A stretch of DNA of 63,877 bases, filler included, from Octopus bimaculoides (Eukaryota): the NCBI RefSeq assembly GCF_001194135.2. It is 6 parts of 5 records of this genome, joined end to end, with 100 filler letters (N's around TTAATTAATTAA, not from the genome) between each part and the next. Parts side by side here need not be neighbours in the genome. Positions count along the whole stretch, not along the records: positions 18,103 to 41,137 come from NC_068989.1; positions 41,238 to 49,625 come from NC_068981.1; positions 49,726 to 62,573 come from NC_068991.1; 3 more parts are not named here. One strand, written 5' to 3'. The notes beneath the pieces are model-generated. The model was not told the DNA's origin. It did not search any database and was given only the letters and a program-made list of their open reading frames with translations. The translations under genes and the position numbers were made by a program. This document shows, piece by piece, positions 37,740 to 50,937 of the stretch. Positions within the stretch are counted from its first letter, which is position 1; the number at the start of each line of letters is the position of its first letter.

Positions 37740-38589
37740 AAATGTCAATAAAAATACTACGGTCAATGAGGAAATGAATCCCAACAAAAATTTTGTCTGC
37801 ACAATTTGTGACAGACCATGTCTATCTTTTGCTAAGCTGTGGATCATGTCAGTATAGTGGAGAGGGTAGAGTGCAATCGCCGGCGAGGTGACTATCTGAT
37901 GCTAGTTGGGTAGGAAGGCGCTGCGGTGTGCTTGGAAGCCACGAGCACTGCTCGAACTTTCCAAGCGGAAAATTTGTCCTGGCAGTGGCGAACAACAACG
38001 CCAAATGCATGTCAACCTTGCCGGGCCTTCTCAATGATCTATTCTTGTAACCAGCTATATCTCCTAGAAGAAATCTGTGGCCTCCGATGTAGAAAATTTT
38101 ACATTACGAATAGCCACCGGGATGAATAAATAACCCAGTGTACTTACTTGAAGTAGTAATAGTTTAAAGCAGTCCTCTCCATATAGAAAGCTAGCTGGGT
38201 TCTTCCTTAATAAGGAACAAGAAGAAATGCATCTGACGTCCTCGCTAGCCCCTCACAAGGTGGTCTTTTCGTCTCTCTGCGATATATATTGCATTTAAAC
38301 AGTACGTTCATAAGAGAATTTATCTCAGACGAAGAACGCAGTAACGTACCGTTCAACAGTGTATGTACATTAATTACAAAGACACACACACACACACACA
38401 CGCACACACACACACACACACACATAAACATGCACAAGCACACACATACCCACATGCACGCACACCTACGACGGGCTTCTTTTATTATGCGTCTGCTAAG
38501 TCCACTCAAAAGGATTCAGCTAACCCGATGCCATAATAGAAGGCATTTGCTCAAGGTGACGCTAAGTGAGAGTGAACAATGTAACCTCG

Positions 38590-38790
38590 TGTATATCGTT
38601 GGCGATTTTTTCTTCCTCTGTCTTCCCTTCTTTGGACTTTCCTATATTTCCGACGAAGAGCCCCGCTCGAAACGTCAAATTCTCTTTCCCGAGCATCCAG
38701 TAACACAATATCTGTATCACGTCCTCGCGTCGTTGTTTTTTGTTGTTTTTTTTTTGTCGTTTTTCTTTTTTGAACTCACTATATAATTCA
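38590..38790 (+). mobile_element. Hammerhead-bearing short repeat (Penelope-LTR/retrozyme-like)
   Basis: GTTGGCGATTTT(T)TCTT head is shared in reverse with 41970-41990, and both copies carry the same hammerhead-like motif. Confidence 0.65.
38646..38680 (+). ncRNA. Minimal type I hammerhead ribozyme motif with U4C variant
   Basis: ATTT-CCGACGA-A-GAGC ccc GCTC-GAAA-CG-TC/AAAT: 4-bp stem I, 4-bp stem II, palindromic ACGT in helix III, GUC cleavage triplet. Confidence 0.7.
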
Positions 38791-38906
38791 CGCTCACACG
38801 TATCCCGGCCTTTCGACTGAACTTGGAGTACCCAATTCCTGGAATTCTTGTACCTTCGGATTACTGCTTCTACACACTCGGATTGCGCCATTCCTACATA
38901 CATACA

Positions 38907-38940
<34 letters not shown>

Positions 38941-41090
38941 CATACATACATACATACATACATACATACGTATATATATATACATATATATATATANNNN
39001 NNNNNNNNNNNNNNNNNNNNNNNNNNNNNNNNNNNNNNNNNNNNNNNNNNNNNNNNNNNNNNNNNNNNNNNNNNNNNNNNNNNNNNNNNNNNNNNNNNNN
39101 NNNNNNNNNNNNNNNNNNNNNNNNNNNNNNNNNNNNNNNNNNNNNNNNNNNNNNNNNNNNNNNNNNNNNNNNNNNNNNNNNNNNNNNNNNNNNNNNNNNN
39201 NNNNNNNNNNNNNNNNNNNNNNNNNNNNNNNNNNNNNNNNNNNNNNNNNNNNNNNNNNNNNNNNNNNNNNNNNNNNNNNNNNNNNNNNNNNNNNNNNNNN
39301 NNNNNNNNNNNNNNNNNNNNNNNNNNNNNNNNNNNNNNNNNNNNNNNNNNNNNNNNNNNNNNNNNNNNNNNNNNNNNNNNNNNNNNNNNNNNNNNNNNNN
39401 NNNNNNNNNNNNNNNNNNNNNNNNNNNNNNNNNNNNNNNNNNNNNNNNNNNNNNNNNNNNNNNNNNNNNNNNNATATATATATATATATATGGGTACAAG
39501 ACGTCACCAACACTAAACAACATGAAATACGGAAACAAATGAGATCAATACCCAAACAACGAGAGACGTAAATGGGAAGAACGTAAAGAACATAAAGAAC
39601 GACCCTTCATCAGTTGTCGACTGTCTATCTACTTCTATAGATATATATATATATATAGATATATGTGTGAGATTATTTTCGATCTTGATTTCTGGTCTCC
39701 TTTCCTACAGCCATACATCTACGTCCTTTTCCTTATTTGTGACAATCACAAATACTATTCTATCACGTTTAGTGCCTTAAATCGCATCACCTACTCCATT
39801 AAATTCTCCTCGAATCATGTTGTTTCTCATCAGTCATTGTCAAAGCTTCATTCAGCATAACCTCAAAATCCTGTCAATGAACAATTAACGTGTGCTTGGT
39901 TCGGGTGCGTCCACCATCCGTTTGTTTTGCCTTCGATCAGAAGTTTACTCCATAAGACTGTTCGCGATGTAATTTCTATGTGTTTTTCACCCCATTCTCT
40001 CTCTGCCCCCTCCTCCCCACCTCTCTCTCTCTGTGGTTCAATTTTGTTGAATCTGTTGAAACTGAGTTTTTGGTCTATCTCCCAAAACATTAACAGCATG
40101 TTAGAAGTAGACAGTAAAAAAACCTTTGTGTCCGTAGTTCTAACAACACATACATCTAGGCCCGGTGATGCAAACATTCACTTCACAACCAACCTTATGG
40201 ACATATAAATTCATTGAATGTAACCCGGACACTTGATTCCAACATTTTACGAATTCTAATAAATTGAGAATACACATAAAAATTCGTCCAATAACCTAAA
40301 CTCTACAAACAGAGCAATATACTCTACTTGAACATATGGAAACTCCTTCCACTTGACTATTTATTTATAAAAATATGCTAAAAAAGATTTGAACAAGTAT
40401 CACAATCGTTATACTTCAGTCTTATTTATATATTTAAAGGCGGATCCTCTCTAAGATAATATTCCTTTAAGTGTATTTTCTTTTTGCAGATGGCTAGAGG
40501 TAATATCGGAGTGAATTGGCTGCTATTTTTCCAGCTTGACGAAGGACACGAAGAGGCTCACGGCATGGTTTGGTGAAAACGTTGACATATCTAACAGTCA
40601 TTTAAATTTATATATTATTCTGCTGAAAAATTATGGTATTTCTTCGTCGTTGTTTCAAAAGTTCATGTCTAATCTATTCTTAATCTGTAAGATACCGAAA
40701 TGAGAGAGAGAAAATGGGAAATTGGAGTAAACCTCAATATTTCTGATTTCCCATTTGAAGCGTTGAAGAAAGTTTCCTTACGTAATTATTTAAGCACTGA
40801 TGGTGGTACTAATTCTCTATATCTGTTTATGTATTTATTTATATAGATTTTATTTCGTCTCACGATTGATGATTCTCGACATACTTGGTTTTGGAATATG
40901 CGAAACTCTTGTAAATTAACCGAAGAGTGCGCGCGCACACACACGCACACTCACACGCACGCACACATACAAACACACACTCGTACACAGAATACGTATG
41001 TGCATGAATTTATATGTGCGTATCTATCTTCATATATATGTATGTATGTATGTATCTATCTATCTATATATGTCTGTGTATATACATGCG

Positions 41091-41137
<47 letters not shown>

Positions 41138-41765
41138 NNNNNNNNNNNNNNNNNNNNNNNNNNNNNNNNNNNNNNNNNNNNTTAATTAATTAANNNNNNN
41201 NNNNNNNNNNNNNNNNNNNNNNNNNNNNNNNNNNNNNATATATATATATATATATATATATACGTGTGTGTGTATGTCTATTTATATGTATGTATATATA
41301 TACACAAACATATGTATACATACGCATACGTACTCATATATATTCAATGCAATGTTCTTATATGAGATGATATTTTAGAATGTGTACACCTGTGGCATTT
41401 TTAAATATTGATCTTTTATACCCAGTGTGAATAAGAATGAGTAACCCATCTGTAATACTTATTTGAAAGAAATAGATATATTCAGCTATTTCTTGTTTGA
41501 AGGCTAGGGTAAGCATTCTATCAGTTATGATGTCTCATTTTTCACAACGTGTGTACGCATGAAGTCTCCGCTTCTTAAAGAACTGAACTTCAATTATATG
41601 TTGACTCATTACAACGTGGGATAAAATGTTTGCTGTAAGCTTTCCGGATTTCCTGGGTCAAATTTCAAATAATTTCGAGATCAAGTCTGACCTCCATACT
41701 TCCGGTTCTCTTTCTCAACATACACATGAAGCACACAGACACAGATATATATGCATGTAAATATG

Positions 41766-41817
<52 letters not shown>

Positions 41818-41908
41818 CAAGAAAAGAAGAACAAACACAGAAAACAACAAAGCAAGGACATGGTACATGTGAAGTATTAGCAGACGCATAGGGAAGGGAT
41901 GAAAGTTA

Positions 41909-41948
41909 GTTTCACGTTTCGAGCAACGCTCTTCATAACAGAGGAAAG
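41909..41948 (-). ncRNA. Degenerate (probably inactive) copy of the minimal hammerhead
   Basis: Minus strand ctgTTATGA-A-GAGC gtt GCTC-GAAA-CG-TG/AAA: core disrupted and G at position 17. Confidence 0.55.
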
Positions 41949-42081
41949 TCCAATAGAAAGGAAGACGGAGCAAGAAAATCGCCAACGATTCACATATGGT
42001 TATATATGTAATTTGCAGAACACTATACATGCTCCCTTTCGGGTGAGCGTTCTGTGTCTAGTTGTGGAAATTATATTTTGT

Positions 42082-42167
42082 AAGCGACAGACTACGCTGA
42101 TGAGCCTGCAGATATTTATTTATGTAAATATTAACAGGCGAAACCATTGGTACGTAGGTAATCGTTT
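42082..42167 (+). ncRNA. Type I hammerhead ribozyme, full consensus core, extended stem I
   Basis: CTACG-CTGATGA-GCCTG...CAGGC-GAAA-CC att GG-TA/CGTAG. Stem I is 5 bp plus a distal 6 bp (AAGCGA/TCGTTT), stem II is 5 bp plus an inner 7-bp helix (ATATTTA/TAAATAT), helix III is 3 bp, and the triplet is GUA. Confidence 0.88.
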
Positions 42168-42422
42168 TTAATTTCGTATATTTTCATTTGTCTTGCTCAT
42201 TTTTACAGTGTGGCATTTTTGCTGATTTTTTTTTTTTTTTTGAGAACATAATCTTCGTAGATAAGTGATTTGGCATCTATTTCTAGCATATAGGAGTCCA
42301 CTTTGGCGGTCATTCCTCTTAATTTAGTATGTAATATAATTTTAATCTCCCGATTTTTTTTAAATATGCTAGGCCACTGTTTTTTATTTATTAATATCAA
42401 TTTCTACCCTCATTATTAAATT

Positions 42423-42480
<58 letters not shown>

Positions 42481-42741
42481 ATATACATGTGTATGTGCCT
42501 GCAACTTTGCCCGTATGGGCGGAATTATCTTTGCTTACTTATATTTCTACAGTATATAAAATGCGCTCATAAACATACGCATATAAGCCGATGATAGCTC
42601 AGTTGTCCGAATCTTCGCAGTCACCGTCAATACTGTTTGTGTTAAAAAATTAATAAATTTGTAGTCATTGAGTAATCCTTGAATTTAATGTAATATTTTT
42701 CTTATAACATAAAGAGATACATTGATATAAATTTGAATTCG

Positions 42742-42951
42742 TCATATATATATAGCAGAGAAAATATTTTCACTGATCCAATCTGAAGTATTGTAGGGTA
42801 CTGCGAATGATATGATAACAGGGGATTTGTAGATAGGACCTTTACTACGGGATAGCTTGTGAGGTAGTCCACAGAGAAGAGGCTTCTGGTTAGGCGGGAG
42901 AAGAGCTTGAGGATATAGATAGCCGACCGTAATCGCCCTCAAAGTGTGTAA
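42742..42951 (-). CDS. Candidate phase-0 exon: LHTLRAITVGYLYPQALLPPNQKPLLCGLPHKLSRSKGPIYKSPVIISFAVPYNTSDW..
   Basis: Strong acceptor tttatttcgctttattcag and 69 open codons; no strong donor seen. Confidence 0.3.
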   Translation of the reverse strand, partial: LHTLRAITVGYLYPQALLPPNQKPLLCGLPHKLSRSKGPIYKSPVIISFAVPYNTSDWISENIFSAIYI

Positions 42952-44767
42952 CTGAATAAAGCGAAATAAACAATTTACTGACACATTTTTGCTCCGTATT
43001 ATGTTTATGTATAGCTTAATTAAGCTATAGTATAATAATAATATAGCGCGTTTAATATTTAGTTACGGAGAAATTGAAGATATCTGGAACGTCAACATGA
43101 AATAATCACTTGTGCAAATATATATTGGGACTGGCCTTGTCTCTGCATACGCTTCTGCTTCGACACCAACAAATAAGGCAGTTGTTATTGCTTAATACAA
43201 CTTCCTGTGACAGAGTTAGCATTTTATTAGCTAGGCCTTTGAATATTTGATGCTATCTTCAATTGTTGAGAGGGCCAAGCAAGCATACTTTTCTAACTGC
43301 CTGGTTATTTTTTAAACATTCTTCATCATAATTCAACAAATCAGTGAAAAACAATCCGGAATAATATTATAGGATTATACATGTTGAACTCAATCCACTC
43401 TACATGTAGAGTATGAAAAGGAATTAAACAGCTGTGAAAAATGTAACACAATTCATTTGAAAATATATGTAAAGTAATTCGAGCCGCTCTGTAATTCTAA
43501 GGAAGAACGTAATATTCTCGACAACCAAACAAGACAGTTCTTCTTGCACGATACCAGTATGCCTCACCAGAGCAGTCTTTGGTTGGAGGGATTGAGAAAC
43601 AATTGCGAAACGAATGGTTTGAATTGAAGAAAATATCTTTTGGAATTTGTTAATCTGTTATTCTTGAAATATTTTGCGAGAACTTCATTGTGTTGGCGGA
43701 AATTGACACGTGTAATTTAATGTAGTCTTTGTATATATGTGCGCAAAACCTTTCAATCTTCTTGATCTGATCTTAGTGATATTACTCAATAAATAATTAA
43801 ATATGTACGACAGTGCAATACTTGGGTACATGATAAATTAGTAAAATTAGTAAAACAACTAAACTCCGAAAACTCCATCAGACAAGACTAGACATGAATT
43901 TCTGCGTGTATACATTCTACAGTAAATGAGACCGTATTAATACCACATACATATACACACAAACACAAACACAGACACGTACACACATGTGCACATGGTC
44001 ACACATGCATACTCTCTTTTTCTCTCTCTCTATATATATATCTTGGAAACACTCCCGTATTATCGGCAGTTATTTCATGCACACAAGCAGTTAGCCCCTT
44101 AGGCTTGTAATACGTTAGTTAGGTTAATGCTTTCTCCTTTAAAATGTGTTCCTCTTGCGTTTCAAGAAGACCTTATCTTAAAAGATGGATTGAAGGACAA
44201 TACGATTCTATGTCAAGAGGAAAGAAACATATGCTGACAGTGCTTAAGATCGCTTGATATATAACAGTGAAATAATCTTGCGTATATTCATGAAGAATGC
44301 ATACACTGGAAAGTATCGATTCTAAGTTAAATATGGTCACAGAAAACAACACATTTGTTGAAGAATCCATAATTTTAATTAGATTAAAACATGATTTGAT
44401 TTCAACAACCTTTCATTAATTTATTTACTTTAGCGAAACGCGTGATTAAATTAACCGCGATAATTGTAGAACTTCAGGAAAAATGAATAACAGCGTTATA
44501 TTTTCTTTCTTTTTATTTCGTTTTTATTAGTCTTTATCTTGATTTTTCTTTCCCCTCTCACTGCTGATTATTGTTAAATTTTCTTCGTTTATCTGTACTT
44601 TTTCCTTCACTCTTTTTAAAACGTAAATTAATGAAAACAATAGTAAAGATTCAGAATAATACTTACATCTTTATACATTTTTCTGTATATTATTAAACGC
44701 ATTGATTACTATTCTTGAGCGTGTGTGAGTGTGTGAGTGCAATTGTGTGAGTATGTGTCTGTGCGTG

Positions 44768-44816
<49 letters not shown>

Positions 44817-44942
44817 NNNNNNNNNNNNNNNNNNNNNNNNNNNNNNNNNNNNNNNNNNNNNNNNNNNNNNNNNNNNNNNNNNNNNNNNNNNNNNNNNNNN
44901 NNNNNNNNNNNNNNNNNNNNNNNNNNNNNNNNNNNNNNNNAT

Positions 44943-44973
<31 letters not shown>

Positions 44974-45599
44974 CATATGTTTATGCGTGTGTCTGTGTGT
45001 GCATGTGTGTGTTTGAGTATGTGTATGTGCCGGGGAACATACATTTATATGTGTTTACGCGCAATATATTTATATATGCAAGATTTGTTTATAATGGTGA
45101 AACATATGTACATGTTGGGCTACGTATGAATATCTGATGGACGAGGATAAGGTAGAGAGAGAGAGTACGATAAACGGAGAAACATAGAGTGCGTATGTAT
45201 ATTTTTCTCCTTCTGCGTATGTAGGAGTTGTTTGAAGCATAAAATATAACATACAAATCTAGCGCATGCTTCTAATTTTTCACTGGAAACAAAGAGAAAA
45301 TACAGCGTGGCATTTAATCTAATAACCAAGATGCTAATTCGCAATATAAACTAATTAATGTGATATTCTTTGGTTTTTATTATCCATACACACCTGAAAT
45401 TAACTATCTTTAAATGTAATTTATTACTCACCGATGCAAAGTATTTCTGTGTTATACGAATATTGAAAAACAACTAAATTCCTAAAATTCAGACAATTTC
45501 ATTCCATCTGTTGTTCTTATTAACCAGGCAAGCAAACAGAAAATCATACAAAAAGCAGCGCTTCATATGTTCTGGCAATATGCAATAAATTTAAGTATA

Positions 45600-47680
45600 T
45601 ACATTAACACTAACACAAACAGAAACCAGCTCCCTAGAAAGAAAATAAACACTCATCTGGCGCATCAAAAGACTCAGTAAAAAAATCAACCGGCTAAAAT
45701 ACTCCCACATACAACATCCACATTCAACAACAATGAAAAGGCTGGAGCCAGAAAAAAATTCTCTGCAGACCGACAGGAAAACCTCCATTGAAAATCAAAA
45801 AGCTGCAGAGGAACAGTGGGTAATAAAAAAAAAAATCAAGCAGAACCCGAAAGTGTTCTATTCATATCCAAATATGCATAGAACCGCTGTCTCACCGTTG
45901 GGCCATTGATCGATGCTAATGAAATGGCACAAACGCTGAAGAAACAATACTGCTCTGTCTTTAATGAACCCACTGAGGTTGGCGTAAGTGAAGCGGACGA
46001 AGATGATTCCCAAAATAAAATCTCGGACATAACCTTCACTGCCTCAGACATCATAGCAGGAATAAATGAGCTCAATACTATTCTCTTGTGGGTTCTGATA
46101 GATTCCCCGCTCGTCTCCTGAAGGACTGTAGACACCAACTTGCAGTCCCTCTCACCGACCTCTGGAGAAAGTCTTTAGACTCAGGTTATATATCAAAACA
46201 GCTCCTATCCTAATCTGTCATCCCGGATTCATCGCAGTCATCTATCGCCCAAACTTACTCACCTCCCACATAATTAAAGTGTTTCAAAGAGTGGTAAGAT
46301 TAGGGATAGCTGGCTTCCTAGAGATCAACAGACTCCTAAATGCAATTCAGCATGGCTTTCGCTGTGGCAAGGACTGTCTAACACAGTTCTTACACCACTT
46401 TGAGGATATACTTAAAGCCTTTGGAACAGGTTCGAGCTCTGATGTCATACATCTTGACTTCAGTAAAGCTTTGAATAGAGTTGACTATAATATTTTATTC
46501 TCAAAATTGGCGAATTGTTGAAATCCGTGAAAAACTTCTAGACTGGATTGAGAATTTCCTGGCGAATAGAATACACCATGTTGTGATCGATGGAGTCAAG
46601 TTGAGCCCAGTAAAAGTCACCAATGGTGTCCTTCAGAGGACTGTCTTGGGTTCGACCCCCTTTTTAATCTATATAAACGACCTTTCCAGTGTCGTAAATC
46701 ACGGCAAAGTGAAAATATTTGCTGATGACACTAAGCTCCAGAAATTATCAATGAAGAAGAAGACCGAACTCAACTCCAGTCTGATTTATATACTATGAGT
46801 CAATGGGCAGGCAAAAACAAAATGCAACTGAAGGAGGGAAAGTTTGAGCTGATGCATTTTGGAAGAAAGTCAATACTAAAACAGCCATACTCTCTTCCTT
46901 CAGGGGAACCGTTCACAGCATCTAATAATATCAGAGACCTAGAAGTAATTGCTGATAACAATCACAGTTGGAGTGCCCACATCAACAATAACGTCAATAT
47001 CGCTCGTAGGATGAGCTCCTGGATTTTAAGAATCTTCCGGTCCAGAGAACAAGGTGTCATCATTCCAATTTGTACGGCCACACCTCGAAAATGGCTGCCC
47101 TGTTTTCTCCCCATACAAAACAAGACATCCAGAAAATTGAATCACTCCAAAGAACATTCACTAAACGAATTAAGGGTGTGACTGATTTCGATTACTGGGA
47201 CCGCCTGAAAGCCTTGAAACTCTATTCTCTCTAGCCCCGCCGTGAGTGGTACATCATTTACATGATGTGGAGAATATACCTCCAGCATTACCCAAACGAC
47301 CTGAACATTAACTTCAAGGTTCATCCAAGGCTAAGACCACGGGCCATTCATCCCCTGCCCAATTCAGGATGACAGGGTACACTGGGACATAATTTCTTTT
47401 CCTCAACAGGCCATGCCCAATTTGATATTGCTCCAAAACTGATCGAAGAGGAAAAGGATCCGATCAACTTTAAACGGAATCTGAAAAAATTTCTTCTCGG
47501 ATAAGCCACCTATACCTGGATACAACTCAGTCAACAAGAACTCTCTATTTGAATGGACCATGATACCACAAAACTTGACTTAAAAAGGATTTATATAATC
47601 CTACCAGGTGGCACTATTAAGTTAGACATAGCCTGGACCAATCTTTAGTCGAAACATATCTAAGTTTATCTAAGTTTATA
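45600..47680 (+). mobile_element. CR1-like LINE, decayed RT (many frameshifts and stops) with 3' end
   Basis: NPKVFYSY, QHGFRCGKDC, VIHLDFSKALNRVD, WIENFLANR, VLQRTVLG..FLIYINDL, KIFADDTKL, NKMQLKEGKF; terminal (ATCTAAGTTT)2. Confidence 0.92.
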
Positions 47681-47707
47681 TATACATGTATGTATGTATA
47701 TGTGTGT

Positions 47708-47747
<40 letters not shown>

Positions 47748-48084
47748 GTATATANNNNNNNNNNNNNNNNNNNNNNNNNNNNNNNNNNNNNNNNNNNNNN
47801 NNNNNNNNNNNNNNNNNNNNNNNNNNNNNNNNNNNNNNNNNNNNNNTATATATATATATATATGTGTTATAATTTCTAAATCTCTCTAAAAGAGAGATAC
47901 AGCATGCATTCCAGAGAGATAGGACGAATGCTGCTGTTGATTATATGTAAATGTGTGTATATATGTATGTATCTATATGTATATGCTTGTATTGGTTACA
48001 TGAAAATTCTACGTTCAGAATCAAAACTTCCTCCAGTATAGTCTTGTGGTTATAACTTAATTTTGGCTTCAAATTTGGTAAAGG

Positions 48085-48240
48085 GCGTAGGTCGACTGTA
48101 TTGACCGCAGTACTCAACTGGTACTTATTATAACTTATTATATCGGCCCCGACATGCTGAAAGGCAAAGTTGTGATCGATGTAATTTGAAAACAGCACTG
48201 AAAGACGGACGAAATACTGCTAAGCTTTTTTATCCGGCAT
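48085..48240 (-). mobile_element. SINE family A remnant
   Basis: CAGTACTCAACTGGTACTTAT, GAAAGGCAAAGT and GACGAAATAC..CTAAGC. Confidence 0.65.
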
Positions 48241-48324
48241 GCTTATGATTGTACCAGCTCACCACCTTATAACTCTATTCACTTTTATATCTAATCTCAA
48301 GGCACCACAAACGCAGAATCATTA

Positions 48325-48525
48325 TCATCCCGAACAAAATGCTAAGCAACATTTTGTATGTCTTTACTTTCAAAATTTAAATTTCACCGAGTTTCACTTT
48401 GCCTTTCATCCATTTCGGGTCGACAAAATAAGTATCATTTAAGCACTGTTGTTGATGTAATCGACATATACGCCTCCCACACCACCAAACATGCTGGCCT
48501 TGTGCCATAATTTAAAATGAATATT
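48325..48525 (+). mobile_element. SINE family A remnant
   Basis: CTTTGCCTTTCATCC...GGGTCGAC...GTAATCGAC...GCTGGCCTTGTGCC. Confidence 0.7.
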
Positions 48526-49452
48526 ATTCCAGGTTTTGGTATCCAGATGTACAGCGCAAATGTAGGAGATTATTTTTCTATTCGCATAACATGTGCGTTT
48601 CATTTCGGTAACATAATGCAATAAAGTGTGCCCCGGAAGATCACTTGTGCTCCACCATCTCATTGCGCTAGGACGGCCTAACACTGAGTTCGAAAAAAAA
48701 CCACAGTAGAGAAGAAAACTCACATAATTTATTTGATACATCCCTCCACATACACACCCGAAGTGTTAACATCCGTTTTTTTTTCCCCTTGCACTATTTT
48801 TAGGTTAACTTTCTAAGTAGCACTGTATCACTATCCCGTGTTCTTTGCTGGTCTACTTCCTCGTTGTTGTTTTTTTTAACTACTGCTGCAGTATTAGAAT
48901 GACAGCTGTGATCAGTCTGCATCTTTACTGAACTACTGATCCACTGCCGAGTGAGAAGCCTTCCCTTAAAAGTCCAGCTTAATTTTCTCTGTAACAACCG
49001 GAGTTCTTCGGTAAGGCAACGTTCGTCCCCATCGTCATCACCACTATTATTTTTCGACATCTAAATGTTTCAAGCACCTTCCTATTGCATTATTTGTTGC
49101 ACCTTTATGCAAGCGGGGTGGTGTGGGCTGCATTATTTTTTTGGCGTGGTGGATATTGTACTGTATCAGCACGTTTTGTTATGGGGTTTGGTTTGAGTCT
49201 TCTTTTGTATTATTTTTTGTTTTGTGTGTTGCTTGGGTTCTACTGTTGGGTATCGGCCTTCTATAACACATGTTGTAGGTCTTTTTTCATTTTGTTGGGT
49301 TTTTACAGTATGAGTGTATTCTTCTATGTTTTTTGGAGGGATTTTGCATAGTAGTGTGTGTAACTCCTAAATCAACAATTTTATAGTATTTATAGTTATC
49401 AATTCGCCGTTATTTTGTTTGGCTTTGTTATGCGTTCCAGTAATTATTATTG

Positions 49453-49504
<52 letters not shown>

Positions 49505-49511
<7 letters not shown>

Positions 49512-49625
49512 GTTCAGTAGTTTTATTTTTATAACGTGCTTTCACTTCACTACCGAGCGCAGCTCTGTGCGCCTTGGGTATGTGCTGTGGTTTGCTGTGG
49601 TGCTTTTATGTTTACTGTATTGAAA
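49505..49625 (-). mobile_element. Probable R4/Dong-like LINE extreme 3' end with (AAT)n tail
   Basis: Minus strand ends ..SIQ*, then a short UTR running into a long (AAT)n tract (49440-49510). Family assignment is inference from pattern recognition. Confidence 0.45.
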
Positions 49626-49725
49626 NNNNNNNNNNNNNNNNNNNNNNNNNNNNNNNNNNNNNNNNNNNNTTAATTAATTAANNNNNNNNNNNNNNNNNNN
49701 NNNNNNNNNNNNNNNNNNNNNNNNN

Positions 49726-49795
49726 CACCCGCACAAGAGCCAGTCCAGGGGCACTGGCAACGATCTCGATCGAAAATCCCACGGAGGCCAGCCAC
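49726..49795 (-). mobile_element. RTE 3' UTR repeat fragment
   Basis: GCACAAGAGCCAGTCCAGGGGCACTGGCAACGA resembles the units at 51195-51225. Confidence 0.6.
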
Positions 49796-50234
49796 ATATA
49801 TATATATATATATATATACATGCATACAAATATATTTACAAAGAGCATAAAAGATACAGAATACTAAGTAGAGAATGCCTAGTTTCTTAGCTCCACAGTT
49901 ATTTCTGGAATCTTGGAATTATGTAATAATTGTAATGCTCATAATTAGCAGATGGAATGTGCAAAAAAATGTCATGGGTATACAAGTAGCAAATGGCCAA
50001 ATAGAGATATCACTATAAGATTGGCTTCCTTCATCAGGAGAAAGAATTGCCAATACTTCATCTGCATCACTATCTCCATATCAGCTCGCCTGGATTTCTC
50101 TTAGAGTTACTTTTTACACCATGAACCTAGTTCTCAATAAAGATTTTGGTGTTTAAGTTCAAATCATCTGAACACTATTGCATGTTTTCTATACTGAGCA
50201 TTTCTAGGTCTCACATTTTGACTGTACGTATGTA

Positions 50235-50760
50235 CAAGGTGCATTCCAGACATATTGAGACTTTTTCAGAAAAGACATTTATTAATTTCAAAAAAGTACA
50301 AAACTCTAATCTCCTTCAGAGTAGGACCCTCTGACTTCAGTGCATTTATTTAGTGTTCTGACCATTTTGTGAAGGCCCTGAGGATGTTCTCCACAGTGAT
50401 GGTGTTCAGCACTCTTGTCACAGCCTCCTTCAAAATAACTGCTCCTGAGGTTTTTCCTTCAGCTTGGAGAACAATCAAAAGTTTCAAGGAGCAAGGTGTG
50501 GAAAGTAGGGAGGCTGAGAGACAGTTTTCATGCCCATCTCAGCAAAATAATTGATTACCAGAATGGAATTGTGGACTAGTACATTGTCCTAATACAGGTA
50601 CCACTGACCCAAGTGGAAGAGCTCTGGTCTTTTGTGATGAAATCCCTTCCTGAACTCGCTCAAAACCTCTACAAAATACTCTTTGTGAACTGTCTGACCT
50701 GAGGGAATCCAGTGGATGTAGATGGTGCCCTTTCTGTCAAAAAGGAGGATAATCATGAGC
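50235..50760 (-). mobile_element. Mariner 3' half remnant
   Basis: AEMGMKTVSQPPYFPHLAP*NF*LFSKLKEK (YSPDLAP motif) and KEAVTRVLNTITVENILRAFTKW; TA-CAAGG terminus at 50233. Confidence 0.75.
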
Positions 50761-50937
50761 TAGAAAGCCATAACAAGTAGAGTTTAGTAGGGTGTGTTCA
50801 AAGTGCTGTTACACCTGTCTCCCTCAATTTGAAATAAAGAGTTGGCAGGTCAGCTGATTAGATGTATAGTAATGATATACTAAAGGATATACAATAATCT
50901 AGGGCAGTTGTAACTGCCTCTCCTAAAAAAGCCTCAT

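Noticed and set aside
39492-39640. Repeat with CTGATGA-AGGG on the minus strand
   Set aside because: Truncated by microsatellites; no GAAA or cleavage site can be placed.
40470-40570. Strong acceptor followed by ATGGCTAGAG|gtaata
   Set aside because: The region resembles an antisense family D repeat remnant.
48800-49060. 86-aa minus-strand ORF MSKNNSGDDDGDERCL..
   Set aside because: No recognisable family or splice support; length is within chance.
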